DNA from: Octopus bimaculoides
Taxonomy: Eukaryota
Length of the DNA: 64,000 nucleotides
Direction of reading: 5' to 3'
Assembly: GCF_001194135.2 (NCBI RefSeq)
Contig: NC_068982.1
Location: 313,488 to 377,487, forward strand
The translations under genes and the position numbers were made by a program. Below are positions 11,005-26,000 of this stretch, piece after piece; the stretch's first letter is position 1, and every line of letters begins with the position of its first letter. The notes beneath the pieces were generated by a model, which was not told the origin of the DNA, did no database searches, and was given only the letters and a program-made list of their open reading frames with translations.

Positions 11005-14000
11005 AAATTCAGTTTAAAATTTCTCTTTTTTCTATTTCAAACAGATGGAATTTCAGTGTTGGTCACCATGATGTCAATTATGTTGGTTTGTTGCAAAACA
11101 AACTGATGAAGTCTTCGAACACAGAAGTGGACGAGGCTTCAGAAATGGATGCAGAATTGGAGAATAACTTTGTAACATGTCCTGGTTAGACATTTAATTT
11201 ATTGACGTATTTTTAAAAACTGAAATCATGAATGGCTGCCTCTTCTTTCTACTAAGTCTGATAAATTCTTTTTTATTTTTTAATAAATAAATCTTTTTTA
11301 ACACTTTAAACAAGGATCCTTTAAAGTTGGCATAGGAATTTATTTAATATTTGCTTAATATTTATTTAATATTAATTAATATCTATTTAATATTAATTAA
11401 TATCTATTTAATATTAATTAATATCTATTTAATATTAATTAATATCTATTTAATATTAATTAATATCTATTTAATATTAATTAATATCTATTTAATATCT
11501 GCTTAATATCTATTTAATATTAATTAATATCTATTTAATATTAATTAATATCTATTTAATATTAATTAATATCTATTTAATATTAATTAATATCTATTTA
11601 ATATTAATTAATATCTATTTAATATTAATTAATATCTATTTAATATTAATTAATATCTATTTAATATTAATTAATATCTATTTAATATTAATTAATATCT
11701 ATTTAATATTAATTTAGTACAAACTGAAATTTGTGGAGACTTGTAGTATTAGTAGTTGTTTATAATTGTAGTCGTTATAGAGCAGAATGCAACGAAGCAT
11801 AGACAACGTTCAGTGTTTATGATGCTGACAAAATAAAATGAAGGTTCTGGATAATATGTTTAGTATTGCAGACACGAGACGTGGGAGGGTTTATTTCTTG
11901 TACCATTTGAAAGTTTTCGGTTTGGGGTATCTCTGAGTCAGCACTCTTAAATAGTTTCTGTGTCGCATTACAAGGTCTTTTTTCTCTCTCTCTGGTATAG
12001 TTCTTTTTTTCTTAGTACAATGTGATAATATGAACCCATAATTCTTGAACCAGAATTTTAACATTTCATTATCCAGTTAATTGTTGCAACTACACACCAG
12101 TAACATGTGCTGGCAGCAGGATTTTTTAAGTGGACTATTGTCTAATGGGGTTTACTTCCATTCCTAAGTGAGACATAATCTTTTGACCTGAGTTGGAGGG
12201 TAGTAACTCTGTATAAGAACTAACTTGGACTTTGATGACCCATCCAATCCAGGTCAGCATAGAAAGTGGATGTAAAATGATGATGATGGTGGTGGTGTGA
12301 CATCATCTGAAGTAGCTGCCCCTAAACTAACCTGTACTTTACATTTTAGAATCTTGACAAGGTATAAATAGATCCAATCTTTCCTTTCTGAGCAATCGAG
12401 AGAAATCTTATTTTGAGCAGAAATAAAATTTTCTTCTCAAGATTTGGTGAAAGAGAAAAGGGTTACTTTTAAGGGGCATACTTCACTGAAATGTTATTTC
12501 TTTTTTTTTTTTTTTGTGTGTGTGTGTGTGTGTGATGAGTAAATATTCATATTTAGAGAATCTAAAATTGGAAATGTTTTAAATTGTTGCAGATGAAATG
12601 AATGATATTGTAGAGTCTTCACTAAAGATTGTTGTACCCCAGGGCATAATCTTCTGTACATGTCCTGATGATCCAAATCAGATGCTATGGCAACATAAGG
12701 TATGTTTGTCAAATGTTTATCAACAAAATCATGGTACTTTTATTAACTTGTTTGAAATTTAATTTTCTAAAGTTTCTCATTTTTGAAATTTAATTTAAAA
12801 TAATTTCTCAGACATTCTTTTGTGTCACTTTAATTTCTTTATGCAAATCAATAGACTTAATTTTTCTATATTGTATAAAAAGTAATTTGTTGAATAAATG
12901 AGTTCATTTGATTATCCTTTGCGTTTCTGAACAACAATTTCAGCATTTAAAAATAGAATGGCTTTAATAAGTTTGCAGATTAAAAAAAAAAAAAAAGAAA
13001 AAAACTATTTGGCTTTTTTTTTTTTAAGAGCTGATCTTCATTATCTTAAAGAATTTTTCTATGGATGGCATGAGTTGGACGGTTTGACTGAGAACTAGCT
13101 GGCCAGGGGGGTTGCACCAGACTCCAATCTGATTTGGCAAGGTTTCTTCAGCTGGATGCCCTTCCTAATGCCAACCACTCCGAGAGTGGGTGTTTTTTTA
13201 CATGCCACCGGCACTGGAGCCAGTCAGGCGGCACTGGCATCTGCCGTACTCGAATGGTGTTTTTTACATGCCACTGGTATGGGGGTCAGTCAGGCAGCAC
13301 TGGCATCGGCCACGCTCGAATGGTGCTCATATATCCATGTTGTTACTCTTGCTTTGGTCATTGAACTGCAGCCATTCGGGGTTTAGTCTTTAAATTGACC
13401 TCAGTATATTTTTTTAAGTCAGGTACTTATTCTATCGGACCCTTTTCATTGAACCACTAAGTTACAGAAACATAAACAAACCAACATCTGTTGTCAATTA
13501 GTAAGAGACAAGCACAGACATTCACACATTCACACATTCAAACACATACACCCCCCCCCCCCCNNNNNNNNNNNNNNNNNCGTGCATGTGTGTGTGAAGG
13601 CATGTAGCCTAGTGATTAAGGTGTGTGATTCATGATCTTAAGGTTGTGAGTTCGTTTCCTGGGCCACTTGGCAAAGCACTTCATGTTGATATGTGTATGT
13701 ACTTGTACATTGGCGTCACAAGTTCTGATCGAGTGCAAGGCCCAACTCTAACATTCCTGAACTTTGGGAAGTATGTCGACATTTATGTAGAAAGAAGTGA
13801 ATAGCTGGGCAGGGAATTGGTGTTTCTTGCAGATTGACAGGCTCAGAACTTCAGATGTGACAAATATGCACAGGACTTGTTAATAGTAGGAACACCCAGA
13901 AGCTGAATAATTCAGACATCTGATGCAGTTTGATGGTTTTTGTGACTGACGTAGTTTTATTAATACAAGTTGTAGGTTTTTCTGAAGTTATCTCCCTTGC

Positions 14001-17000
14001 TGGACATTGTTAATAGCCTCTGACAGTCACTGGAGGTGGAGGATATGAAATGGTGGTCATCTGGAATGTGCAGGTAAGGAGTCTCAGCTGTGAGGTTCTC
14101 TGTGCTGCAGCAGAACTTGGACATTGATATGCGATGTTCATTGTGTTCTTCATCTACGGATGATATTACCTGGGTGGCAGTCCAACTGGTCATTATTCAT
14201 TGATTCGAATCTGCTCCTACCAGTTATGTACCAGTGGTATTCGTAGTAAATATGTAAATGCTAGAATAGATACAGTATAAAATATAAGGTGGTGGTTGTG
14301 GCGAACTTAGTAATCTATTGCTTCTTGTTTGCATCAGAGAGTTTTTTTTTCTTTGTGCAATACATAGAAGCCATATGAAGCATGTTTAAGAAATGTGATG
14401 TTCCATATTTGTGAGATATCAGCATTAATAGAGAATGTCTACAAAAGATGAAGGAAAATGTTGGGTATGTGATGAGAGGAATGCAAGTGATCTAAGATTA
14501 GCTGGTTTTTTTTTTTTTTTAAAGATTAAAGGCATCAGTTTAAAAGTGCAGGAAAGGTGACTATAAAAGTATGAACATCATCATCACCGTCATACATCTG
14601 TTTTCCATGCTGGCATGGGTTGGATGGTTTGACTGAAAACTGGTGAGCGGGAGAGCTGCACCAGGCACCAGTCTGATTTGGTTTCTGGATGCCCTTCCTA
14701 ATGCCAACCACTCCTAGAATGTAATGGGTGTCTTTTACATGTCACCAGTAGCGACCACAACTTCTGAGTCTTCTCAGGCACATCATATTGCCAAAAGTCA
14801 TGATCACTTGTTGTCGCCTCTGCGAGGCCCCAAATTTGAAGATCATGTTTCATCCCATGTCTTCCTGCACCTTCCACCTGGACGAAAAATGTTACAATGC
14901 TCTTGGTGGTGGCTCCATGTGGAAAGGGAATATGTAGAAAATAAGGATCAGAACTTGTGGTAACCTTAAAGAAACGATGATTATAAGTGAAGAGAATTTC
15001 TAATATATTGTACAAGAAAACCCATCCAACACAAATATAAAACAAAAATAAGAATGAATGTATTGTCTGTGATCTATATTTTCTCCTTCCTCTTTTTAAG
15101 TAAACATTGTTTCAGATTATTTGGATATTGTTTTTCATCAAAATATTGATTAGCAATTTCCTTTAATATGATGAGGACGACAACAAAGTCTATGAAATTT
15201 GTTGATTCTTCTCGTTTCAGTTGTCTTCTCCTGTTGCTGGGGCTTGGCTTCTGCATCAAAATAAACTCAGACCTATCAGTCTTTTCAACAAGAAGAATAT
15301 TCCAACATTGCCGGATAGTAGTGTGCCTTTAATGTATATTGGTAAGTAACAATTTTAGAGAAGCACATCATCATCATCATCATTTTCATGTTCCCTTTTC
15401 CTTGCTTTCATTCGTCAGACTGAATTTGTTGAAACAAAATTTTCTGTGGCTGGATGGCCTTCAAGTCACCAACCTTCACCTGTTTCCAATCCACGTAATA
15501 ATCCCCTACTCTGACAGTGTATTGGACAACAAATAGCCCAGACATTGTTAAGTAGTGAACTGGAAATAATTGACACAACTTGAACGAGTTTCTTGTTTAC
15601 ATAACACATGCAACATGTCTTGGCATGTCAGAAAACCTGAGCATACCTTTGCTGTTAATGGCAAGCGGATGACACTGCCAGTATCAATAGTGAGGGTGTT
15701 TGTTTATAGTCAGTGAACACGTGTAAAGATGAGAGAAATGTGAGGTCACTCACTCACTCTCACTCACGCTCTCTCTCTCACTCACACTCTCTCTCTTACA
15801 CACACACACATCCTACTTGAAATATTTTGAAGAGAAGAAAAAAAAACAGGAAGTTTCAATTCTCTATTGAAACGTTCGGTATTCAGGAGGTAAAAGGAGG
15901 TCTTACAATAACTTTGGTCTGATTTATATAGCAATTTGCAAGTGGGAATACGTCTCTGGTTTGTAATAGTCCTTCCTTTATCTTATTTATTTTAGCTTTT
16001 TCTTTCACATAATTTATATTTTCTATCCCAATGACATAAAAGTCAGGAATTACTCAATCAATAGGATGTTATTCATGTCAGAAGATTCAAGTGATATAAA
16101 GTGAATCTTATCATAAACCCACAGGTATACCGCAGCAGCAGCAGCAAATCATTTTGTTAGAAATTAATGCTGTGCCTTACTGGCGCGTGAAAAACAATAT
16201 TTGAGCGTGGCCGTTGCCAGTACTGCCTGACTGGCCCTTGTGCTGGTGGCACATAAGAGCACCCACTACACTCTCGGAATGGTTGGCGTTAGGAAGGGCA
16301 TCCAGCTGTAGAAACTCTGCCAGATCAGATTGGAGCCTGGTGTAGCCATCTGGTTTGCCAGTCCCCAGTCAAACCGTCCAACCCATGCCAGCATGGAAAG
16401 CGGACGTTAAACGATGATGATGATGATCAGATCATATAATGTTTTAATTCAAAATCTTCCTGTGAATATTGTTTGGATAGGAACAGAGTTCATCAGGCAA
16501 ACTTGCCCTGAATAATGTCTTCTTCAGTGCTGCTTAATGGATTATGGCAGTTACTATTTACTGTGTCCAGTTATTGGGTGACACCCAAATCTATTATTTT
16601 CTTACTCTTGATTATTTCTGATTGAATTTACTCAACGGTGACAATGTTGAAAGCAGCTTATCAGTCATTATATATTCCCATCACATATAATATTCCAACA
16701 GTTGTAGTTTTCTTCCCCTTTCATGACCTGTTCCTTCTCAGCACATTTCATACCAAAACTAATGATTCTACATATTTCTTTTCTAGCATCTGTTTTTATC
16801 CATGATTATCTTCAGCTGTTGTAAACCTTATAACTTGTATGGAGTTGGAATTACTTTTTTATGAATAGATTTCTTCAAGCTCTTAATCAAATATTCTTTT
16901 TGTAAAAGTGCAGATATAAAGTTAAATTTACTTCAATTTCTAGAGTTGGTTCAACTTCTCGGCTCAGTTTTGGTTGGCCTGACATATGACCAAAGGAAAT

Positions 17001-20000
17001 CCAGGCATGCCCAACCCATCTTTTTATTTATTATTTCCAGGCACATAATTTAGCTTGGACTACTAAAGCGTCCATTAAGGACTTGGAAGGAAATTTGGCT
17101 GCTATTTCTTGCAGGTCAAGCGACTGCTGCTGTAAACTGGAAGAACTGAGTGACTTTCCTTTTGAAAACAATACTGATGTCTGATTAGACTAACAAAATC
17201 TTTCAGTTGTACTTTTGTGATGTTGGATATAAAGCATAATGATTACATTGCTATGTTGACTATTTTATTAAATATCTTTTTAAATCAATTTATTTCAGGA
17301 CAACATCATGACCAGCCCTATGTTCAAGTGTCAGACCAGAGTGTTGAACAAGTAGCTCCAAGACAAATATTCAAGCATCTACCTTCTGTTGGCTGGAAAC
17401 CATATGTAGCATCCTGTAAGTGTTTGTCTGTCTGCTTCTGTGCATAAATGACATTTCATAATTTGTTGTTATTTTCAATTCTGCTCATCTGTCTGATGCT
17501 GGTAGTACAAAACCTTGAGTTTATTATCACATCTAGCCTGTAGTTGTCGTTAGTAAGAAAGCATTACACGTGTGTTCAATCCTTATTTTCTATTTTGTTG
17601 GTTTTACAATTTTAGCTTTGTCCAGAACTCCAGCATTACGTTCAAATACCAATAATAAACCTCTGATTGGCAGAAAAACGTTCAAGAAAAAGAACCCAAC
17701 AGATACTGCTGTTGCTGTTTGGCATCAAAATTATCCATTTGGTGAGTTTGATGAGATTTTATAAAAACTTGAAATGGGATCCATTCAGTGGTTGATATTG
17801 TCTCTTGGACCCATTTTTTATAATGCCCAACTTTAGAATGTTATCTTGATGTTTTCTTTTGAATTGGTGGATGAGGTCAAGTCTTGCAACCTCTGCAGGT
17901 CTTCTCAGACTATTGAGATTAATGTGTTTGTTTTGTTTAAGAATGGTAGGGAAAATGTGAATGGAGAGGTGGTTCCGAAAGTTTGAGAAACGATTGTGAA
18001 CATGATTCTCATAGCACTCAGTCAGTTATGACGATAGGGGTACCAGTTGATCTGTGAAATTAACAGGGTTATTAGGAAAATATGAATTGTTTTGAATAGG
18101 CAATGACTTCAGTGTGTTGATAAAGGAAGATGCAGTAATGGCTGAATAAAGTCTGGCATGAGAAGGGATGAGAGCAGTCAAAAGGGTTGGTGTGTTGTTT
18201 TGGGATGCAGTAAGGACATAAACTAATGCTGATGTTTAGGATAGTTGATGCTCAGGATAATGTGGTCTCTGCACAAACAGTATGAGAGGGAAAAACTAGG
18301 TGTGGGCATTGAAATTGCCAGAGATGGATGAGTTGACAAAAGACATTTTCACCATCATTGTTGCTGCTACCACCATTTCAGTGACATCCACTTTTCCATG
18401 CTTGCATTCAATCAGACAGAAATCATTAAGATAGATTTTCTGACACTCTTCCTGTCACCAACTACGAGTAAGGTAATATTTGACAGAAGACTGAAAACAA
18501 AGCAGACCACTTGTATGATGGTGGAACTTGTTTACAATTCTTGTGTAATAACAAGACAAGGAGACAAAAGCACTCATACACACCCACACCTTCATGCAAC
18601 CACATACACATACATATATGATGTGTTTCCACCCATTTCTCTCTGCCAAAGTGTACTCAGCCACAGGCTGTAGAATTGAAGACATTTGGCCAAAATGCCA
18701 TGCAGTGGCGGCACTGGAACCGACTTCTCAACACTCAAAGCCATGTCTGCACAGATGTCTTTTGGCTTGTCTTTCTTTCATTTGTTTCGGTCATTAGACT
18801 GTGGCCATGCTGGGGCATCACCTTCGAAGGGTTTTGTTGGCCAAATAGGACCCTAATTATAATTTAAAAAAAAATTTTTAAGCCTGGTACTTATTCTATG
18901 AGGCTCTTCCTGTCTAACTGCTAAGTTATGGTGATGTAAGCAAACCAACACCAGTTATCAAGTAGTAGTGGAAGACACACAAAGTTTCTCTCTCTCTCTC
19001 TCTCACACACGACAGGCTTCTCTCGGTTTTTGTCTAACAAGTTTTCTCACAAGGTTTTGGTTGGCCCAAGCCTATAGTAGAAGACACTTGCCCAAGGATC
19101 CACACAGTGGGAATGAACCCAAAACTATGTGGTTGGCAAGCAGACTTCTTACCACACAGCCATTCCTGTCATATCATCATCTAACATCCGTCTGTGCCTA
19201 TAAATATATATATATAAACTAGCAATGCACCTCGGTGTTGCCCTGGTGTTATGACCTACAGCCACATTATTGGTTCCTTTCTTTTGGGCAGAATTGGCAC
19301 GACCCTTTTGATAGTGTTCTGCTAGTTTTAATAAGGAAAAAAAAAAAAACTATATTTATATTGGAACTTAAACAAATCCCCCTCCTCTTCTTCCTCCTCC
19401 TCCTCCTTCCATGGGTTGGATTCTTTGAGAGGAGCTTGCAAGCCAGAAGATTGTATCAGGCTCTCCTCTCTTGCTTTGGTTTCTGTGGCTGGGTGTCCTT
19501 CCTAACACCAACTTATGGACAGTGCTGGGTGCTTTTTTTTTACGGGGCACCAGGAGCAGTGGAGCCACCAAGTTACTTGCAGGACAAGACTCCTCAGATG
19601 AAGGAGGTGGCTTTGTGTCAGGTGACGAAAGATTAGAGTATGGATCGAGGGACAGAGGTAAGTGGCTTGTAGTAGAGGAGATACGTCATTTAACATCATT
19701 TCACATCTGTGTTTCATGCTAGCGTAGGTGGGACATCATGGATATCTCAATTAGAGAGAGAGAGAAATGGTGAGGGGGAGAGATAAGATGGTGAAGGTGT
19801 AACAAGGAAGTGTCTTTCGTAAAGTGGACAACGGATTGGATATAGTGAGTGTGTGGGTGGGTAAGTTTAGGTGGCAAAAGGAGAATGGGAGATGGAGGGG
19901 TGGCAGGGAGGAGGAAGGAGGGGTGAAAATAAAATGCCCACTTAAGCAGTTATCTTGAGTTGATATGAAACCAAACAAAGAACAGAAAGAAGAAGGAAGT

Positions 20001-23000
20001 TGGCGATGATTAACATCTCAGAGTCATTGTCTAAGACGAAGAAGAAGGGTGGGCACATTACACACATTTCCACTTAACAACTTCTCTTTGAATCCCGGCA
20101 AAATACTTTCCAGAAATACAGTGTAAGAATTAATAAATGAATAATATTACTGCACAAACATTCTACACACTTGCCATCACATAAACATCTCCCCAATGCA
20201 ATTGCTGGTATGCAAAAAGAAAACTGCTCACAAGTTAATCTTGTATTTATAAGATTTGAAAACTAAACTGATCCACAGAGATAAGAGAAGAGACCAACAA
20301 AAGTAGATAAGAAAGAACTGTATAATAATCCTAATTAGTGCACAAATTGATTCAGCCAGAATATTACATTTCATTATATTAATGTCATTAAAACTATATG
20401 TTAGGTGGATAATCCAGTTTGTTGTATGTCATAATCTTCACTAAACGATTGTTTATTATTAAATGATGACCAAATTTTATTTTTATATTTTAGATGATGG
20501 TTATTATATTTTCCCTGATTTCAAAATACTTTTTGATGAGGAAAAGAAACACATTTCTGAAGATGAGAAAGGTGTTTCAGGCAGTTACTTCGACAGGTGG
20601 TGAGTTAGCTTTGATTCTTTCAAAGTTCCAGGAGGACTTTTAACTGCACTCTGATTTTATGCTTGTTTGAACTCTGAAAAAGAGCAAAGTAAAGAGAAGC
20701 CACAACCACCTCTGGTGGCAAAAACCAATCTTGTGACTCGCTTCACTTTCTTATTTACAACTGTTTTGTTAATGCATTTAGAAAAAAAATCCATTAACAC
20801 TACAATTCACATTCTCACCATAGTTATTTCTAGTTATTTCTATCTAGTTATTAATAAATAAGCAATTTTCTGTGTTTATTGCAGCAATGCCAAGAATAAT
20901 TTTTTACATTTCAATTTTGAAACCTTTTGTAAACCAACTTCATATTTTTTTCAGTTTGTAATTAATGTGTTGTGTTTCTTCATTCTTTTTTTTATTTTCT
21001 AGGAAAGAAATTATTCTTATTACCATTGTCTTGTTTGTAACAATTCCTTTGGCTCTCAGCTACCGAAATAATTTAAATCATTCGGACCATGACCAACATC
21101 ACATTACTTCCTCGGAAAGATTTCCCAGCTCACAAGAACAGGTATTTGATTGGTTTATGCTGTTATTAATTTGCATGTTAATCTATCAGTCTAGGAGTTG
21201 GTAGAAACTAGTGGCAACAAGAATCTTCAAATTTAAGGTTTTTGGTTGTAATCCTCTTATTTAGTCTTTAATGCTCTTGAGAAAAGTTTGAATTTCATGT
21301 AATCTTGTTTCAAGAAACCCATATTATATTAGAATAATATTATTTTTCTAAATGTTAACACTCAGGACGCTGATTAGAAGACAACAGTTAGAGAATGACA
21401 TGATTAAAGAATAATTTGTAGATTTGGAATATGATCCCTGGGCCCTTTGCCTGCACCTGTCACATTTTCCTGACGTCCATCCCTCCATCCCTCTTCTAAC
21501 TATGGCACTATTCAACTGCTGTAATCATGTGGGAGCAGAACTACACATATTTCACCACCTTCCCCTCTTCTCTCACCAGTTGATCAACCACTTCCTGCAA
21601 CTGTTTCCTTTTAACATCTATCTTTCATTCTCAATATCATCCTTCCCCATTTGATTTTCTCTTGATCACCTCTTTTGGAATCTCTAGTGATCTCTCCTTC
21701 TCCCTTCAGTTACCTTTTTATGACTGCAACGCATTGCCTTTAAAACACACTCTTTCATATCTGCAGTTGACAGACTCCCCCCACCTCTATCCATTCCTGT
21801 GTACCTCTGACCTCTCTTTCTCTAAATCACTCATTCCACTCATCACCTCCCTATTTTCTGATCTATTTACAGGTTACTTTTTTTCTGCTACTGTCCATCC
21901 TTCCTGAACTGCAACTTAATACCTTCTCCTTCCTGAGCCACTCCTATTTTTTTACCCTCATACCTGAAGTGATATCTAATATTGACCCCAGCTTCATCCT
22001 TGTTCACCATTCACTACATTCACCTCTATTTCCATCTGTCATTCCCTTCTTACAAACTTAACCAATCACCCTTCTCATTCCTTACTCTGTATTCTCTCAA
22101 CTTTGGCTGTTGAACAAAACTAAGAAGAACGTGTTAGCAATCTTGGAATGATTGCTTATAACGGGGACGTGAAATAGTTGATAGCTTCCACTACCTAGGT
22201 GACAAAGCCTGTAGTGGGGGTGGATGCTCTGAGAGCATAGCTGCTAGAATAAGAATAGCCTGGGCAAAGTTCAGAAAACACCTACCTCTGCTGGTAACAA
22301 AGGACCTCTCACTCAGAGTGAAAGGTAGACTGTATGATGCATGTGTGCGAACAGCCATGCTACATGGGCCATGACTGCTGAGGATATGCATAGGCTTGAA
22401 AGAAATGAAGCTAGTATGATCTGCTGGATGTGTAATGTCAGTGTGCATACATGACAGTGTAAGCACCCTAAGAAGAAAGTTGGACATAAGAAGCATCAAA
22501 TGTGGTGTGCAAGAGAGACGACTGCATTGGTATGGTGATGTGTTACGTATGGATGAGGAGAGCTGTGTGAAGAAGTATAACACCCGAACAGTGGAAGGAA
22601 CCCGTAGAAGAGGTAGACCCCAGAAGACATGGGATGAAGTGGTGAAGCATGACCTTTGAATGTTGGGCCTCACAGAGGCAATGACAAGAGACTGAGACCC
22701 TTGGAGGGTACTTTTAAATGGGCCGGACATGCAACACTGGCATTGGCCATGGCTGCAATCCCACCTTAGTTGCTGGGTCTTTTCAATCATAGTACTATAT
22801 ACAATCAAAATCATAAAGAATTCTCAGAGGTGGAATTTCAAAAAAATATTGTTTTGATAATTTTTGTTGAGGATTTTTATCTTTCAGAACTTTGAATTTT
22901 CTTTCTCCACATATTTCCAAGTGTTTCCTTTTTTTCATCCCTTTAATTTTAATGAGAACTTCTTTATAAAGTGTAGCTCCATTGTTTTTCGGAATTTTGG

Positions 23001-26000
23001 GTCTTTCCTTGAGCATTTATAGAAGGGGAAGATCTTGAATTTTCCTTCTCCACATATTTCCAAATGTTTGGTCAGTGGAATTTTCCATAGTTCCTCTTGT
23101 TGGATGTACTAATAAATGCAAAAGAATGAAAAAACAAGACTTGGAAATGCAATTATAATTTTTACTGAAGAAAGTCAAAAACAACATCTGGTTTTTCAAT
23201 TAAAAACTTTGACCAATTCAAATACAAAAATTCTTTTTCTTCCCCATCCCAAAAGTCTCTAAGTATTGAATCCTAAACAAACAAGTCTGACCATACCAAT
23301 ACAAAAGCCCCCCCCGCCTTCTCAAATTTTTTTTCTTTCTTTTTCCTTGGTTGGAAAACTCCACTATTTTTTATATATAGAAAGGCCAAGAAATCTAACT
23401 TTAAACCACTTTTTGATAAATCTGATAACAGAAGAAAGTGCTAAAAGTGTAAATAAAAGTATATATAATCAACCAACATTCTGACTATCTTATTACTCTG
23501 AATNNNNNNNNNNNNNNNNNNNNNNNNNNNNNNNNNNNNNNNNNNNNNNNNNNNNNNNNNNNNNNNNNNNNNNNNNNNNNNNNNNNNNNNNNNNNNNNNN
23601 NNNNNNNNNNNNNNNNNNNNNNNNNNNNNNNNNNNNNNNNNNNNNNNNNNNNNNNNNNNNNNNNNNNNNNNNNNNNNNNNNNNNNNNNNNNNNNNNNNNN
23701 NNNNNNNNNNNNNNNNNNNNNNNNNNNNNNNNNNNNNNNNNNNNNNNNNNNNNNNNNNNNNNNNNNNNNNNNNNNNNNNNNNNNNNNNNNNNNNNNNNNN
23801 NNNNNNNTTGGTCTACAAATTCCCAATGCCATAGTTTAGTATCTTAACCTTTTTGATACCAACCCGGCTGAAACCGCCTCTGGCTCTGTAGTACAAATGT
23901 CTTGTTTCCAAAAGTTCTGAATAAAAATCTTCCACCAAACCTTAGTTACAATTTATGTTCCTAACACTAGCTTAATGATAACTAAGTTATTTTTCTAAAT
24001 TCTTTGTTATATTTAAAATTAATTGAAAGAAACACTGAACATCCCAAAATAACCATGGTAACGAAACGGTTAACAGACTCTTATTCTGCTGGCCTCTTCA
24101 AAGAAGTATGTCTAAATGAATCTCGATATCCTTCCAAGGTCATCCTTTATCTTTCATTCTTCTGAAGTCAGTAAATTGTGGTCCCAATCAAGAACCGCAT
24201 CTTTCCCCCTCCTTTCGTCGTTTATTTTTTTAAGTGGTCAGACTTAAATGGCTGCGATGCATCTTGACATTCTACACTGTCTCTGTACTTCATTCATTTC
24301 CAGTTTCATGTTCTCACTGGCTGTGTACTGAGTGGTTTTGTCTTCTGTTGAGGTGCAGAGTTTTTGATGTGGCTGTTATTCAACACGTTAGCAGTGGCCA
24401 GTGAAGCCTACCCTGCATTGGCCCTTAAATCTACTCATTGACCTTATGCTTATGCCGTGTTTTGAGACTTGTTGAGAAACCTTGTGTATGTAATGTAAAG
24501 ACAGCTCCTTCATATTACACATAATGTTTTCTACAACATCCTGAAGAAGGCCAGCTTTGTTGACTTTGTTGTGTGCCATCATTCGAATAAATTGGTGAAT
24601 GGCTTTCTTTTGGTTATGTATACGATCAAAGAGGCTGAGTTCAGCTACAACATTCTCATAGGATATTAACAAGACATGTGCACCACACTTGATCTGCAAA
24701 GACAAGCTCACAAGTATAGTGAGATAGATCAGTGAGATAGGTACAGATTTTGTTGATGTGTTGATTGCTTTGATGGTGAGGCTTTTGATTTGAATACGAT
24801 CAAGATTTTGCCTAAGGATGTAAGCCACCATAGTCTGAAAGGAAGTGACCCTTTTGGGAAACCCAACAACTACTGTTCTCTGCTTTTGCAACTCATAATA
24901 TCTGTGACCTTGTGTCAGTATTAAAGATCAACAAGTTATTAAAATTTTCAATTATAAGCTTCTAAAATCATTTAGTTTAATTCTTTATTGCTGAGTCACC
25001 ACCTCATTCTAGATTGAGTTATATGTATGTCTAAGACTTATTTAATTGTAATCACCAAAATTAGAAATATTAATGTTGGCTATTCAGTTAAATTAATCCA
25101 GTTTGATCTTTATTACTTATTAGAAGGTGAATGATTGAATAAATAAACTTTTTATTGTAGATAGAGTCTTTTAATCTTATACTGCGGTCTATGTTGGAGA
25201 TCCTGCCATGTATTTTGGTAAGAATGATTCACAGAAACACTTATGCATTGGCATACATTTCACCAAAATGTTTGCTTTCTCCAGTTTATATAAATTCTCT
25301 CCAGCATCAATGTCAGTGTGTCTAAAATAAATGCTTTTTTGCTTTGTTGGTGTAATAGTTCCTGCATCAACTTCTCTCTACACTCACATTGTTTAGTCGT
25401 CGTTTGAAACATTTCCATAGGTCAGCCTAGAATCATATTTATGTAGTCTGATCTGCAGAAATGTCACATTTATTTGAAATAGTATCTCATTTAATTCTGT
25501 TTTGTTTACATTTGCACATTGGGGACTTAGTTACTGCTATTTTCTGTATTTGATATAGATTAATTATTTCCATTTTATTACTAAATTGCACATTGTGTGC
25601 CGAGAACATTATAAAAAATGGAATTTAATTCACTTTATTTACACATTGTATGCAGTGTACTTCAGCTACAAGTGTGTTACTGATAAACTGAATTATGTCT
25701 TGTTTAATATAATATTCCTCCAAGCAAAATACAAACCACACCCAAGAGATTAAATCCCAGTTAATTTCTGAAGTTGTTGAGTGGAATCACTGTTAGACTG
25801 AAGCATTACTCTTACACAGTAGTGGTCAGTGGTCATTTGCACAATAAGACATCCTTATATTGTTAGCTGCTTAGTTGTTCTAACAAATTTATTTCTTAAA
25901 TTAATATCAAGAATGATTTTTGTTAAAAATTTGGCTTTGCCAAAACTTGAAGAAAGTAACTTGGAGAAACCTTTGTACAAAATTTGATGACACTTTTACA

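Noticed and set aside
13820-13860. Second hammerhead candidate (ctgaag...gaaac on -); another at 22120-22180
   Set aside because: Core and stems do not fit; at 22170 the GAAA belongs to an inserted RTE.
24300-24891. 167-aa minus-strand ORF
   Set aside because: Only faint resemblance to RLE-type LINE C-termini; could not be classified and has no support as a host gene.
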